Source of the DNA: Anaerolineaceae bacterium
GTDB taxonomy: Bacteria; Chloroflexota; Anaerolineae; Anaerolineales; Anaerolineaceae
Assembly (NCBI GenBank): GCA_035403345.1
Contig: DAONEZ010000001.1
Location: 1-47,801 of the forward strand
DNA: 47,801 bases
Reading direction: 5' to 3'
Each line of letters starts with the position of its first letter. Within the stretch, counting starts at the first letter, position 1. Under the pieces are notes generated by a model. That model was not told where the DNA came from and made no database searches. It saw nothing but the letters and a program-made list of their open reading frames with translations. This document shows, in pieces, positions 1-10,150 of the stretch. The position numbers were made by a program, and so were the translations under genes.

Positions 1-1049
<1,049 letters not shown>

Positions 1050-1050
<1 letters not shown>

Positions 1051-1373
1051 TAATCCTCTCCCAACACCTTAAGATAAAGCCTGCCCTTGCTCACGTCCTC
1101 GGGAGCTTTTTCTCCCGGATTTCCAAATCCCAACCGTAAGGTGTCCTGTTCCACCAGGAAACGCCCTGCAAACTTGCCCAGCAGCCCCAGCGAGTGGCTG
1201 CTCTGATCCATAAAAATCAGGTCGCCTTCCACGGTATAAGTACCAGAGGATGTAATGCCCATGGCCGGGTACTCGGAGCGAAAGGTCCCATCCGGCTCAA
1301 ACTGGAAGACCAACCCCGCATACGCTTGTCCTTCAGGCTGCTGCCACTTTCCAACCAACGCGTTCATTCTCAA
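1050..1373 (-). CDS. small hypothetical protein, possibly a lipocalin-like/TIGR03067-like beta-barrel
   Basis: 107-aa ORF translationally coupled to the thiolase. The pattern [13 protein letters not shown]...[16 protein letters not shown] resembles small lipocalin-like proteins. No firm family call. Confidence 0.5.
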
Positions 1374-1385
1374 TCCGATCCTTTC

Positions 1386-2696
1386 CTAGAAATGGGGCAC
1401 GATGCCCAGGCGCATGATCTCTTCCTTGAGCCAATCCTGGAAGGCAGGGTTGGCAATGCGGATCAAAGCCTCAGCGCGGTCGCGCAGGCAGAGACCCTTG
1501 AGGTCCGCAGTGCCGAACTCGGTCACCACGGTATCCACATCGTGACTGGGCACGGTCACCTCAGCCCCTTCGGAGAGGATCGGGACGATGGTGGAGATCT
1601 CGTTATTGCGGGCGGAGGAACGCAGGGCGATGATGCCGCGTCCGCCCTCTGAAAGCTGTGCGCCGCGGTGGGTATCCAATTGTCCGCCGGTACCAGAGAA
1701 GTGCTTGTGCCCGATGGATTGAGAGCACACCTGACCCATCAGGTCCACTTGCAGGGCGGTGTTGATGCTGATCATCTTGTGATTCCTGCCAATCACATAG
1801 GGGTCATTGGTGATGCGTCCCTGCTGGAATTCAACCCCCAGGTTGTTGTTAACGAAGTCGTACAATTTTTGCGTACCCAGGGCAAAAGCGCCAACCATTT
1901 TGCCCTTCCACTGGGTCTTGCAGCGGTTCGTGATGACCCCGGCGTTATACAGGTCCACCATGCCGTCAGTGAACATTTCGGTATGGATGCCCAGGTCCTT
2001 GCGCTGCAGGAGGAAGGGGGTGATGGCGTTAGGGATGCCGCCGATGCCAAGCTGCAGCGTGGAACCGTCTTCGATCAGTTCCGCGATGTAGCGTCCAATG
2101 GCTTCCTCGGCTTCGGTTGGCGCGACCACCGGCAATTCCGGCAAAGGAGCGTTGTTTTCAACCAGGTAATCCACCTGCGAGAGGTGAACCTGGGTATCTC
2201 CAAGCGTCCAGGGCAGGTTTTCGTTGATCTCAAGGATGACCAGGTCAGCCGCCTCGATCAGTTGTTTCTCCAGCACCAATCCCAATGAAAGCGACATGTA
2301 TCCGCGTGAATCAGGCGGAGTGGCGGTGCCGAGAAAGACGTTGACTCGGTTCTTGTTGGCATATAACTTCCGCGTGGAAGCCTGGTGAAGATTATTTGGG
2401 ATGTAGGACTCACGTCCCTGGCTGTGCACCTTGCGATCCGCGTTGCCGTAAAACCAGTTTTCGATGAAAAAGTGCCCTTCCATGGACGGATCCAGCACAA
2501 AGCTGTAGGATCCCAGCGGCAGGCATACCCACACATGAACATCTTCCAGCCGGTCGCGGTGATTCCCCAATTCCGAGAGCAATCCCGGGGGTTCGGAGGC
2601 AGCCATGGCCACCCCTACCCGGTCATGGGACTTCACCTTGCCGACAGCCTCAGGGATGCTCAATAACTTCGAATGGTAGAGTTCTTTTGTGTCCAT
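1386..2696 (-). CDS. acetyl-CoA hydrolase/transferase family protein (4-hydroxybutyrate / butyryl-CoA:acetate CoA-transferase-like)
   Basis: 436 aa. Family hallmarks LQLGIGGIPNA, HTEMFTDG and GTGGQLDTHRGA. Lies 6 nt downstream of the KAS-III stop. Confidence 0.85.
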   Translation of the reverse strand: MDTKELYHSKLLSIPEAVGKVKSHDRVGVAMAASEPPGLLSELGNHRDRLEDVHVWVCLPLGSYSFVLDPSMEGHFFIENWFYGNADRKVHSQGRESYIPNNLHQASTRKLYANKNRVNVFLGTATPPDSRGYMSLSLGLVLEKQLIEAADLVILEINENLPWTLGDTQVHLSQVDYLVENNAPLPELPVVAPTEAEEAIGRYIAELIEDGSTLQLGIGGIPNAITPFLLQRKDLGIHTEMFTDGMVDLYNAGVITNRCKTQWKGKMVGAFALGTQKLYDFVNNNLGVEFQQGRITNDPYVIGRNHKMISINTALQVDLMGQVCSQSIGHKHFSGTGGQLDTHRGAQLSEGGRGIIALRSSARNNEISTIVPILSEGAEVTVPSHDVDTVVTEFGTADLKGLCLRDRAEALIRIANPAFQDWLKEEIMRLGIVPHF

Positions 2697-2702
2697 ACGC
2701 TC

Positions 2703-3689
2703 CTAAGGCATGATGAACGCAGAACCTGCCTGGTTGTAGCCCACCCCGGAGCCAACGAACAGCACCAGGTCACCGGAATGTACCTTGCCCTGGCTGACAG
2801 CGTCATCAAAGGCCATCGGCAGGCAGGCGGAACCGGTGTACCCAAAGCGATCCATCACGAAATGGGCTTTTTCAAAGGGAAGACCGAGCGACTCCTGTAC
2901 CAGCTTGATGCTCCCCAGGCGCACCTGGGTGTAGATCACCAGGTCGGCCTCCTGAAGGTCGAAGTTGCCATTCTTCGCCAGTTCGCGCATGCGCGCCGGC
3001 CAGCCCTCGTGATTCACTTCCGGCGGAAACGGCGTGATCAATTTGACTTTGGTGCGCCCGGCTTTCAGGCTGTCCTCGGAGACGGGTTCGTAGGTGCCGC
3101 CGGAGTATATGCCCCAGTGCTTGTGATACGAACCATCCGCAGCGAAGGTGGAGGAGACAAAGCCGGGTTTCTCGCTGGCGGTCAGAATGGCTGCGCCCGC
3201 ACCGTCGCCATAGAAGAAGGACATAACGTCATTCTCCAGGTCAGCCAGTTTGTGCATCATGTAAGCGCCGATGACCATGACATACTTCAAGCCAGGATTG
3301 GCGCTGATCAGGCCGGCTGCCAAGTTCAATCCGGTTGGAAAGGACGCACAGGCACAACCAACATCAAAGGTGCCGGCGTTCTTTGCACCCAGCTTGTGCT
3401 GTACCACAACAGAGGTGGCCGGGGTGATGTAATCCGGGCTGTCAGTGCCCAGGATGATCAGCCCCAGGTCTTCCGGATTGAGACCAGCATTGGCCAGCGC
3501 TTTCTTGCCAGCCTCCACAGCCAGGTCGGATGTCGCCCAGTCAGGTGGGGCATAAAAACGGGTTTTGATACCGGACGAAGCCTCGAATTTATCGATGACG
3601 ACGCCAAAGCGCTCCTTCATGGCTGCGTTGGTGACCTCAATTTCGGGCAGGTAAGCCCCGGTTGAGATGATGCTTGCATAACGTGTCAT
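2703..3689 (-). CDS. 3-oxoacyl-ACP/CoA synthase III (FabH-like KAS III)
   Basis: Track ORF 2703..3824 trimmed to ATG 3689 (MTRYASIISTGAYLPE...), preceded by GGAGCAGAA. Active-site Cys context FDVGCACASF. C-terminal GSGVGYNQAG. Confidence 0.85.
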   Translation of the reverse strand: MTRYASIISTGAYLPEIEVTNAAMKERFGVVIDKFEASSGIKTRFYAPPDWATSDLAVEAGKKALANAGLNPEDLGLIILGTDSPDYITPATSVVVQHKLGAKNAGTFDVGCACASFPTGLNLAAGLISANPGLKYVMVIGAYMMHKLADLENDVMSFFYGDGAGAAILTASEKPGFVSSTFAADGSYHKHWGIYSGGTYEPVSEDSLKAGRTKVKLITPFPPEVNHEGWPARMRELAKNGNFDLQEADLVIYTQVRLGSIKLVQESLGLPFEKAHFVMDRFGYTGSACLPMAFDDAVSQGKVHSGDLVLFVGSGVGYNQAGSAFIMP

Positions 3690-3702
3690 ATTCTGCTCCG
3701 TT

Positions 3703-4467
3703 CTAGGTGCCCAGGACGATCCCGCCATCCACGCTGATGGTGGTGCCGTGGAGGTAGGCGGCTTCGTCAGTGGAAAGCCACAGGTATGTATTGGCGATGT
3801 CCTCGGGTTCTCCCAGCCGGCCAAGTGGGGTCTTGGCTCGCATGCCTGCCAGAACCTCCTCGGGCATCTTGGCCACCATTTCAGTCATGATGAAGCCAGG
3901 AGCGACGGCATTGACACGGATGTTGTAGCGGCCAAGCTCACGCGCCCACACTTTGGTCATGCCAATCACAGCCGCCTTGGTGGCGACGTAATTCGTCTGG
4001 CCAAAATTACCGTACAGTCCCACCACTGAGGAGGCATTGAGGATCACGCCTGAATTTTGTTTGATCATGTAGGGCGCGACCGCCTGGGTGCAATTGAAAA
4101 CGCCCTTCAGGTTGACCGAGATCACCAGGTCGAACGCTTCTTCGCTCATCTGTTTCACCAATTCGCCATCCTTCATCTTGACGAATTGCGCGTCGCGGGT
4201 GATGCCCGCATTGTTCACCAGGATGTCCACGCGGCCGAATTTGGCCACGACGCCATCCACCCACCCCTGCACTTCCGCGCGGTTGGTCACATCCACCTTG
4301 TTGAACAGGGCGTTTGGACCAAGCGTTTTCACCAATGTGTTTCCAAGTTCCTCGGAAACATCACAAATGACCACCGTCGCGCCTTCCCTGGCAAATACCT
4401 GGGCGGTTGCCTTGCCAATACCGGCAGCGCCGCCAGTGATCAAAGCCACTTTCCCGTTTAACCGCAT
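3703..4467 (-). CDS. short-chain dehydrogenase/reductase, 3-oxoacyl reductase (FabG-like)
   Basis: 254 aa. Motifs TGGAAGIGKA, NNAG and the S...YVATKAA catalytic triad. AGGAGGAAAG RBS upstream. Confidence 0.9.
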   Translation of the reverse strand: MRLNGKVALITGGAAGIGKATAQVFAREGATVVICDVSEELGNTLVKTLGPNALFNKVDVTNRAEVQGWVDGVVAKFGRVDILVNNAGITRDAQFVKMKDGELVKQMSEEAFDLVISVNLKGVFNCTQAVAPYMIKQNSGVILNASSVVGLYGNFGQTNYVATKAAVIGMTKVWARELGRYNIRVNAVAPGFIMTEMVAKMPEEVLAGMRAKTPLGRLGEPEDIANTYLWLSTDEAAYLHGTTISVDGGIVLGT

Positions 4468-4536
4468 CAGCTTTCCTCCTGTAGATGTGATAAATTTTCT
4501 AAGTCAATGAATGACTCTGGATTTTGTAGTTATATA

Positions 4537-4565
4537 GTAACCATCGCTGGTTACAAATCGGTTAC
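4537..4565. promoter_or_regulatory. inverted repeat GTAACC-N6-GGTTAC plus a third GGTTAC half-site, upstream of the acyl-CoA operon
   Basis: Read directly: gtaaccatcgctggttacaaatcggttac, about 70-100 nt upstream of the SDR start at 4467. Confidence 0.4.
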
Positions 4566-4663
4566 AGAACCACATTAAATTCCTGGAAATTGAAACCAAT
4601 TCTGGGTTTTCAAGGAATCGGAGGTTTATATCGTTTAAATGGGAAATATTCGCTTTTTTTCAC

Positions 4664-4702
4664 TAAAAAAAGAGAGGGGGAGTTCCCTGGAGGGAACTCC
4701 CG
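4664..4702 (-). terminator. rho-independent terminator after the PHP gene
   Basis: On the minus strand, GGGAGTTCCC-tcca-GGGAACTCCC is followed by CCTCTCTTTTTTT. Confidence 0.75.
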
Positions 4703-4811
4703 TTATCTGTTTTCGTGACAGGTGAATGGATCAGGTCACGCGAACCCTAAAACCCACCCTGGTCTCCTCAACACCTATACCGATTCAGCGTTGGTAAAAC
4801 GGCGTTACGTC

Positions 4812-6140
4812 TTAATCAAAATAGATCGGATTCGACACCAGCGCAGGTATTGCCGGAGTGTTCGGAATAAACTGCCGTAGCACCTGTACGCGCGTAAAGC
4901 CAGGCGCGCTCATGTGGTTTTTGACCTCCAGCTCACCCGCGCCGCCGACCTGCCACTGTGCGGCAACCCCGGCAGCCGTGATCACCTGCAGCGTGTCGCC
5001 GGCCGCAAGGTTGCCCGCTGTTATGCGCACTTCCTGAGTTTCTGCAAATGTCACGCTTTCTCCCAACTTGGCGTCCCCTGCGTACATCTCAACAATTGGT
5101 CCATCCGGCGCAAAGCTGACAAAGCCCCTGCCCTTTCGCACGGCCTCCAGGATATCCATTTCTCCCGCGGAATTCGAATACACGCAATTGGTCGGTCCAC
5201 CGGGATACAGGAATAGCTCGCTCTTATGAAAGTCGCTGCCGCCTACTGCCGGTAGTTTCTTCCCTGCAACCAGCATGGCATGCCAGGTGCCCACTGCGCG
5301 AAAATTCGACTCGCGCATGGGTCCGTTCCAGATCTCGTAGCAATCAAAAGGCAGTTGCGCCAGGTCGAACAGGAACGGGCAGCCTTCATCAAAAGGATGA
5401 TCGATGATGATCAACGCTCCGCGCTCCCTGGCGGATGCGAACCGCTTTGCAGCTTCCTCGGGCGTGTTGGTGAAGAACGGCTCGTCATAAGCCCGGTCCA
5501 GACCCAGGAAGTTGGAATGGCCCTGGTAATGCGTCCACTCCACGCCGGGGATGATCGTTAATCCCGGCACGCGCGGCAGGCCGGCATGCGCCACCATCTG
5601 GTTGTGGTCGGTGATGGCGATGAAGTCCAGCCCCTGGCTTTTCGCCACGGCTGCCAATTCCGCGGCAGTCAGCACCCCATCCGAGGCAATGGTGTGCATG
5701 TGCAGGTCGCCTTTCAAGAGACGGCGGTGCTTGGGCGTAAAACTCAGCTCATAGGTGACGTTAACCCCTGGCTCTGCTACCCGGTAAACCCCCACCAGGA
5801 TGCCCCACTCGCCCGGCATCAGCGCACCCGGCTGGTAACCCGGCGTTGCGAAGGTTTCAGAAAGGGTGACTTCAGTCTTATCCGCGCCGGATGCGCCTGC
5901 CTGCGTCCCATCAGGCCGTACCAACCCCAGGTCGATGGTGTTCACTTTTTCGCGGGAGCGGAAGACACCATTTTCAACCGCCTCCTCCTTTGCCCGCATG
6001 CGCTCGTAGGAATACCGCAGGGTAAAACTTTCCGTGTCCGGCGGCATGCTGAACGGGATAGTAAAGTACGTCCCCCGCTGTTTCGGTTCGACGAAGTATT
6101 GGATGGTACGGAATTTGTTATCAGCGTTGTCCTGGGTCAT
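4812..6140 (-). CDS. PHP-domain metallohydrolase (CehA/McbA-like) with an N-terminal beta-sandwich extension
   Basis: 442 aa. PHP motifs GDLHMHTIASDG, FIAITDHN and GGSDFH. The start abuts the esterase stop (TAGATG). Confidence 0.8.
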   Translation of the reverse strand: MTQDNADNKFRTIQYFVEPKQRGTYFTIPFSMPPDTESFTLRYSYERMRAKEEAVENGVFRSREKVNTIDLGLVRPDGTQAGASGADKTEVTLSETFATPGYQPGALMPGEWGILVGVYRVAEPGVNVTYELSFTPKHRRLLKGDLHMHTIASDGVLTAAELAAVAKSQGLDFIAITDHNQMVAHAGLPRVPGLTIIPGVEWTHYQGHSNFLGLDRAYDEPFFTNTPEEAAKRFASARERGALIIIDHPFDEGCPFLFDLAQLPFDCYEIWNGPMRESNFRAVGTWHAMLVAGKKLPAVGGSDFHKSELFLYPGGPTNCVYSNSAGEMDILEAVRKGRGFVSFAPDGPIVEMYAGDAKLGESVTFAETQEVRITAGNLAAGDTLQVITAAGVAAQWQVGGAGELEVKNHMSAPGFTRVQVLRQFIPNTPAIPALVSNPIYFD

Positions 6141-6920
6141 CTAAAATCCTTCCGGCATGGGTCCGTACATATCTTCCAGCACCAGGCGGATGGCGGAATC
6201 CCAGTACGGCCAGTCATGTCGCCCCTCGCCTTCGTGGTAGATACAATTCACGCCCAACTGCTTGCAGGCGTCGCGGAAGATCAGGCTCAACGGATAAAGG
6301 TCATCCTGGCGCCCGCAGGTAATGATGAGCTGAGGCAGGCTCTCCGGATGAGCGGCGCCCCTCTGCAGCCAGACTGCCGGGTCATGTTCGCTGCCGGGCA
6401 GCTCTTCCAGCGGTCCAAACAGGTTTCTGAAGCCCTCCTTGCGCTTATCATCCGGGTCCATGCCCATGATGGAGAGCGAGAGCACACCCGAGAGGCTGGC
6501 AGCCGCGCGGAACAGGTCCGGCCGCACCAACCCGCATTTGATGGCACCATATCCTCCCATGGAGAGCCCGGCAACGCAAGTCTTTTCGCACCGCGGCTGG
6601 ATACCGAACACATCCTGCAGGTATTTGGGCAGCTCCTCGGTGATGTAAGTGAAATAATTCTGCCCATCCGGCTGGTCGGTGTAGAAGCTGCGCCCTGCGC
6701 TGGGCATGACCACCACCAGCCCGTAACGTCTTGCCAGCACCTCGATCATGGAGTAACGCGGCCAGGCGGAGGCATCATCGCTCAGCCCATGTAGCAGGTA
6801 GAGCACCTCGCGCTGCGCCACAGGAACCTCTCCCATTCCCCGGGGATCGGGCAGAATAACTTTGAGCGACAGGTTCATACCCACCGCTTCAGATACATGT
6901 TCAATATGGAATAGTGCCAT
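6141..6920 (-). CDS. esterase family protein (esterase D / tributyrin-esterase-like alpha/beta hydrolase)
   Basis: 259 aa. LLHGLSDD and the nucleophile elbow GLSMGGYGA. The start abuts the transporter stop (TAAATG). Confidence 0.85.
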   Translation of the reverse strand: MALFHIEHVSEAVGMNLSLKVILPDPRGMGEVPVAQREVLYLLHGLSDDASAWPRYSMIEVLARRYGLVVVMPSAGRSFYTDQPDGQNYFTYITEELPKYLQDVFGIQPRCEKTCVAGLSMGGYGAIKCGLVRPDLFRAAASLSGVLSLSIMGMDPDDKRKEGFRNLFGPLEELPGSEHDPAVWLQRGAAHPESLPQLIITCGRQDDLYPLSLIFRDACKQLGVNCIYHEGEGRHDWPYWDSAIRLVLEDMYGPMPEGF

Positions 6921-8228
6921 TTACGCCTCCTGTTTCAGCGGGGGTTGTTCCACTTCCCTGGTGGGTTTATCAAATTTCATGAAGAAGGAGAAAATAAAAC
7001 TGATGACCATCATGGCAGCCGGCAAGGCTGCGATGAGAAAACGGGCTGCGTCCCCAGGACGCGGACCCGGGTTGTTGCCACTTTCAAACTGGTAGAGGAC
7101 AGAAATCAGCAGGAAACCGGCGCTGACGAACAACCCGCTCAGTCGGTTCATGAAGCCCAGCGCGTTGGAGATGATGCCCTCGCGATGCAGGTTGTACTTG
7201 CGCGTGTCTTCGTCCATGATCTTCGCGCCGATCAAGTCCATGGTGGTGATGACTCCGGCAAAGCCGAAGCCCACCAGGGCTGCGAAAATGATACCGGTGA
7301 TCAGCGAATTGGCGAAGTAGAGCGGCACGAAAGCCACCGCCAGCGCAACCAGTGCAGCCCGCCACACGGGCATCAACCCGAACTTTTTGACCAGTTGCGC
7401 CCAGAGTGCCACGCAGGCAATGGCGATGATAAGCACGGAGGCGAACAGGATGGAGGTCTGACCGCTGGAGATCTGCAGCGTGTACTTGGCGAAGAACGGC
7501 ATGGCAGCCAGTACCAGGCTCATGGCTGCGCTGTAAAAGGCGTTGGCGAACCCCGCCACCCAGAACTTCCAGTTGACCAGCAGGCTCTTGATGCTGTGCC
7601 ACAGGCGCGGCTTTTCTTCGTGGATATCAGTAACAGCTTCGTGGCTGGTGAATGTCATGTACAGGATGACCGCGCCACCCAGGATACCGTAAAGGATGGC
7701 AGTGGTGCTGAAGCCAATGGCGTTGGTGATAATGGGGGTAAGCGCTATGGAGATGATCATCGCTACCAGTTGGAAAGCCTGGCGCAACGCATTGGCCTTG
7801 GCGCGGCTGGCATCATCCTTGAACAGCTCCGGGAAGAGTGCGCCGTAGTTGGCGTTGATCACCGAATCCAGCGTACCTGTGAGTATGTAGAACAGCGCGC
7901 AGTATGCGAACAGCGAGGTTCCGCTGAGGAAAGCCGGCGTGCTGTAAAAGGCGATCAAGCCCAGCGCCAGCAGCGGCGTGCCGATAGTGAGCCATGGGCG
8001 TCGCCTGCCCCAGCGCGATCGCGTGCGGTCTGAGAGGTAACCGTACACAGGATTGTCGATGGCATCGATGAAAGTGTAGATGAGCAGCATCAATGACATC
8101 TGTTTGGTGGTCATGCCCAGTTGGTCCACGTAGAAGATGGCCGCGTAAGTTTTGAGCATGTTGATGGGGATGGACGTGCCGAACATCCCTACGGCATAAT
8201 TAAAAGTCTTCAGGTTTGGTTTCGCCAT
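6921..8228 (-). CDS. glycoside-pentoside-hexuronide (GPH):cation symporter family MFS transporter
   Basis: Track ORF trimmed to ATG 8228 (MAKPNLKTFNYAVGMFGTSIP...) with GGAGAT RBS. About 12 hydrophobic segments. GPH-type motif DRTRSRWGRRRPW. Confidence 0.85.
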   Translation of the reverse strand: MAKPNLKTFNYAVGMFGTSIPINMLKTYAAIFYVDQLGMTTKQMSLMLLIYTFIDAIDNPVYGYLSDRTRSRWGRRRPWLTIGTPLLALGLIAFYSTPAFLSGTSLFAYCALFYILTGTLDSVINANYGALFPELFKDDASRAKANALRQAFQLVAMIISIALTPIITNAIGFSTTAILYGILGGAVILYMTFTSHEAVTDIHEEKPRLWHSIKSLLVNWKFWVAGFANAFYSAAMSLVLAAMPFFAKYTLQISSGQTSILFASVLIIAIACVALWAQLVKKFGLMPVWRAALVALAVAFVPLYFANSLITGIIFAALVGFGFAGVITTMDLIGAKIMDEDTRKYNLHREGIISNALGFMNRLSGLFVSAGFLLISVLYQFESGNNPGPRPGDAARFLIAALPAAMMVISFIFSFFMKFDKPTREVEQPPLKQEA

Positions 8229-8367
8229 TAGAGAGGATCTCCTGTTTTTCCAGCCTTTCGAGCAATTTGGTCCACTGAGATAATTATCCATCAATTATGA
8301 AAAACGAGAGTAGAGAAACGAGAACCGAGATTTGTAGTCCGGAAAAATTGACCAGGTGGTTGTTTTT

Positions 8368-8495
8368 GTGAGACCTGTGTCATCAGTGGTCAGATTTCCC
8401 AGGATCAAGTTCAAACTCCCGGAGTCAAAAAAGCAGACTCAGGGAGATGACTTCGTTCTTCCCCGGGAGTCTGGTTTACGACTCCCGGGGCTTGC
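8368..8495 (+). repeat. copy 1 of a ~128-bp direct repeat carrying two REP-like hairpins
   Basis: gtgagacctgtgtcatcagtggtcagatttcccaggatcaagt...ccccgggagtctggtttacgactcccggggcttgc. Near-identical to 8584..8709 except for a ~12-nt variable core. Confidence 0.9.
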
Positions 8496-8583
8496 ACTAA
8501 TAACGTGACCTCGTGAAAAAGTCGAAAAGAACGAGAAAGAGAATGACATCATGAGCCTCCATCGGTCTTTGATTGGATTATCT

Positions 8584-8709
8584 GTGAGATCTGTGTCATC
8601 AGTGGTCAGATTTCCCAGGATCAAGTGCAAACTCCCGGAGTCAAAAAGCAGACTCCGGGAGGGATATTTAATTTCCCCGGGAGTCTGGTTTACGACTCCC
8701 GGGGCTTGC
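8584..8709 (+). repeat. copy 2 of the ~128-bp direct repeat
   Basis: Contains perfect hairpins CTCCCGGAGTC-N8-GACTCCGGGAG and CCCCGGGAGTC-N8-GACTCCCGGGG. Confidence 0.9.
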
Positions 8710-8731
8710 CCTACACTGGACCAGGTGAAAG

Positions 8732-8761
8732 CTCCCGGAGTATAAGAACATACTCCGGGAG
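8732..8761. repeat. additional REP-like hairpin of the same family
   Basis: CTCCCGGAGTAT-aagaac-ATACTCCGGGAG. Confidence 0.8.
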
Positions 8762-8924
8762 AGATACCAAGTCTTCCCTCAATTGATTTTTGATTACCTG
8801 ATTCCTGATTGCCTGATTACAGATTTCCATTTTTCGTGCTTTTCGTCTAATTTCGATTTTTTTACGTGTTCTGCTTTTTCCCGACATAAAGTTGCGATAA
8901 AATCAACCTGAAAGGAATTCTCCC

Positions 8925-10040
8925 ATGCCAAAAACCAACCCCATTGTGGATGCCTACAGGGCCGAACGCGCCAGCGCACTGCTCTACGAGACCCTGGCGG
9001 ACATAGAAAAAGACACGCGTATCGCCGAGGTATACCGGCGCATCGCCAAAACCGAGATCAAGCACGCTGAGAAATGGGTGCACCAGGCTAAGGACGCCGG
9101 CCTGGTGCTCGAGGAGTACAAACCCGACCTTCGTACACGCATGCTCATCCGCCTGGGCAAGCGTTTTGGCCCGTCCATGATCCTGCCTGCCATGCAGGGC
9201 ATGGAAAAAAGCGGCTCACGGGCTTACCAGAAGATGGAAAATGCCATGGGCATGAGCGCAGAGGAAAGCTCGCATGACCGCCTGTTGACCCAGATCACCT
9301 CCACGGTGCGCGGCGGGATCGCCGGCGGCGTGCTGGCGCAGTTGGAAGGACGCCACCGCTCTGCGGGCGGTAATGCCCTGCGCGCGGCCGTGCTGGGCGC
9401 CAACGACGGGCTGGTCTCCAACCTGAGCCTTGTGATGGGCGTGGCAGGGGCCACCCTGGCCGGTAAAGAAGTACTCATCGCTGGCGTGGCGGGGTTGCTG
9501 GCAGGCGCCATCTCCATGGCACTGGGCGAGTGGCTCTCGGTCACCTCTTCACGCGAACTCTACACCCACCAGGTGGCTACTGAAAAACAGGAGATCGAGA
9601 CCGCTCCGGAAGAAGAAGCGGAAGAGCTGGCACTTATTTATGAATCGCGCGGTCTCACTCGTGAGAATGCGCGCACGCTTGCTAACCAGATCCTGTCCAA
9701 CAAGGACTCCGCGTTGGACACCCTGGCGCGCGAAGAATTGGGCATCGACCCGGACGAACTGGGCGGATCCGCCTGGGAGGCAGCCATTACATCCTTCATT
9801 CTCTTCGCCCTGGGAGCCATCCTGCCGGTAGCGCCCTTCTTCTTCGCCTCCGGCATGGTAGCTGTGTTCTGGAGCATCGGGCTGAGCGTGCTTGGCTTGT
9901 TCGCGCTGGGCGCAGTCATCACGTTATTCACCGGACGCGGCTTGTTGTATTCCGGCTTGCGCATGGTGCTGTTCGGGCTGTTGGCTGCTGGGGTCACCTT
10001 TGGCATCGGGCGACTGATTGGGGTCAGTATCAGTGGATAG
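8925..10040 (+). CDS. VIT1/CCC1-family iron/manganese transporter with N-terminal ferritin-like (erythrin) domain
   Basis: 371 aa. N-terminal four-helix-type segment (AERASALLYETLA...EIKHAEKW). C-terminal VIT1 motifs LRAAVLGANDGLVSNLSLVMGVAG and ISMALGEWLSV, plus TM helices. Confidence 0.85.
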   Translation: MPKTNPIVDAYRAERASALLYETLADIEKDTRIAEVYRRIAKTEIKHAEKWVHQAKDAGLVLEEYKPDLRTRMLIRLGKRFGPSMILPAMQGMEKSGSRAYQKMENAMGMSAEESSHDRLLTQITSTVRGGIAGGVLAQLEGRHRSAGGNALRAAVLGANDGLVSNLSLVMGVAGATLAGKEVLIAGVAGLLAGAISMALGEWLSVTSSRELYTHQVATEKQEIETAPEEEAEELALIYESRGLTRENARTLANQILSNKDSALDTLAREELGIDPDELGGSAWEAAITSFILFALGAILPVAPFFFASGMVAVFWSIGLSVLGLFALGAVITLFTGRGLLYSGLRMVLFGLLAAGVTFGIGRLIGVSISG

Positions 10041-10107
10041 GAAATAAATAACAAAAATAATGGCTACGCGAAATGCTTAGAATCAATATTTCCAGGTAAG
10101 AGAACAA

Positions 10108-10133
10108 TAAACCGGCAGAAGTTCTGCCGGTTT
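10108..10133. terminator. bidirectional hairpin between convergent VIT1 and bfr genes
   Basis: AAACCGGCAGAA-g-TTCTGCCGGTTT, flanked by A/T on both sides. Confidence 0.7.
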
Positions 10134-10150
10134 ATGCTTATTTCGGAAAT

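Noticed and set aside
2703-3824. N-terminal extensions of track ORFs (KAS-III to 3824, bfr to 10708, GPH to 8294, SBP to 14596, DppC to 11695, PadR to 35127, asparaginase from 36325, array genes from 40781/41842/43293/45350)
   Set aside because: The extensions overlap upstream genes or intergenic repeats and lack RBSs. Internal ATG/GTG codons with Shine-Dalgarno sequences give canonical N-termini or signal peptides.
8439-8745. Track ORFs 8439..8630 (-) and 8551..8745 (+) in the repeat gap
   Set aside because: They lie entirely within the duplicated hairpin units, lack RBSs, and would encode each other's repeats.
8368-8761. Possible CRISPR array because of repeated palindromic units
   Set aside because: There are only two long (~128 bp) units with a 216-bp period. 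The repeats are far longer than CRISPR repeats, contain several different hairpins, and no cas genes are present. They are better described as REP/MITE-like.
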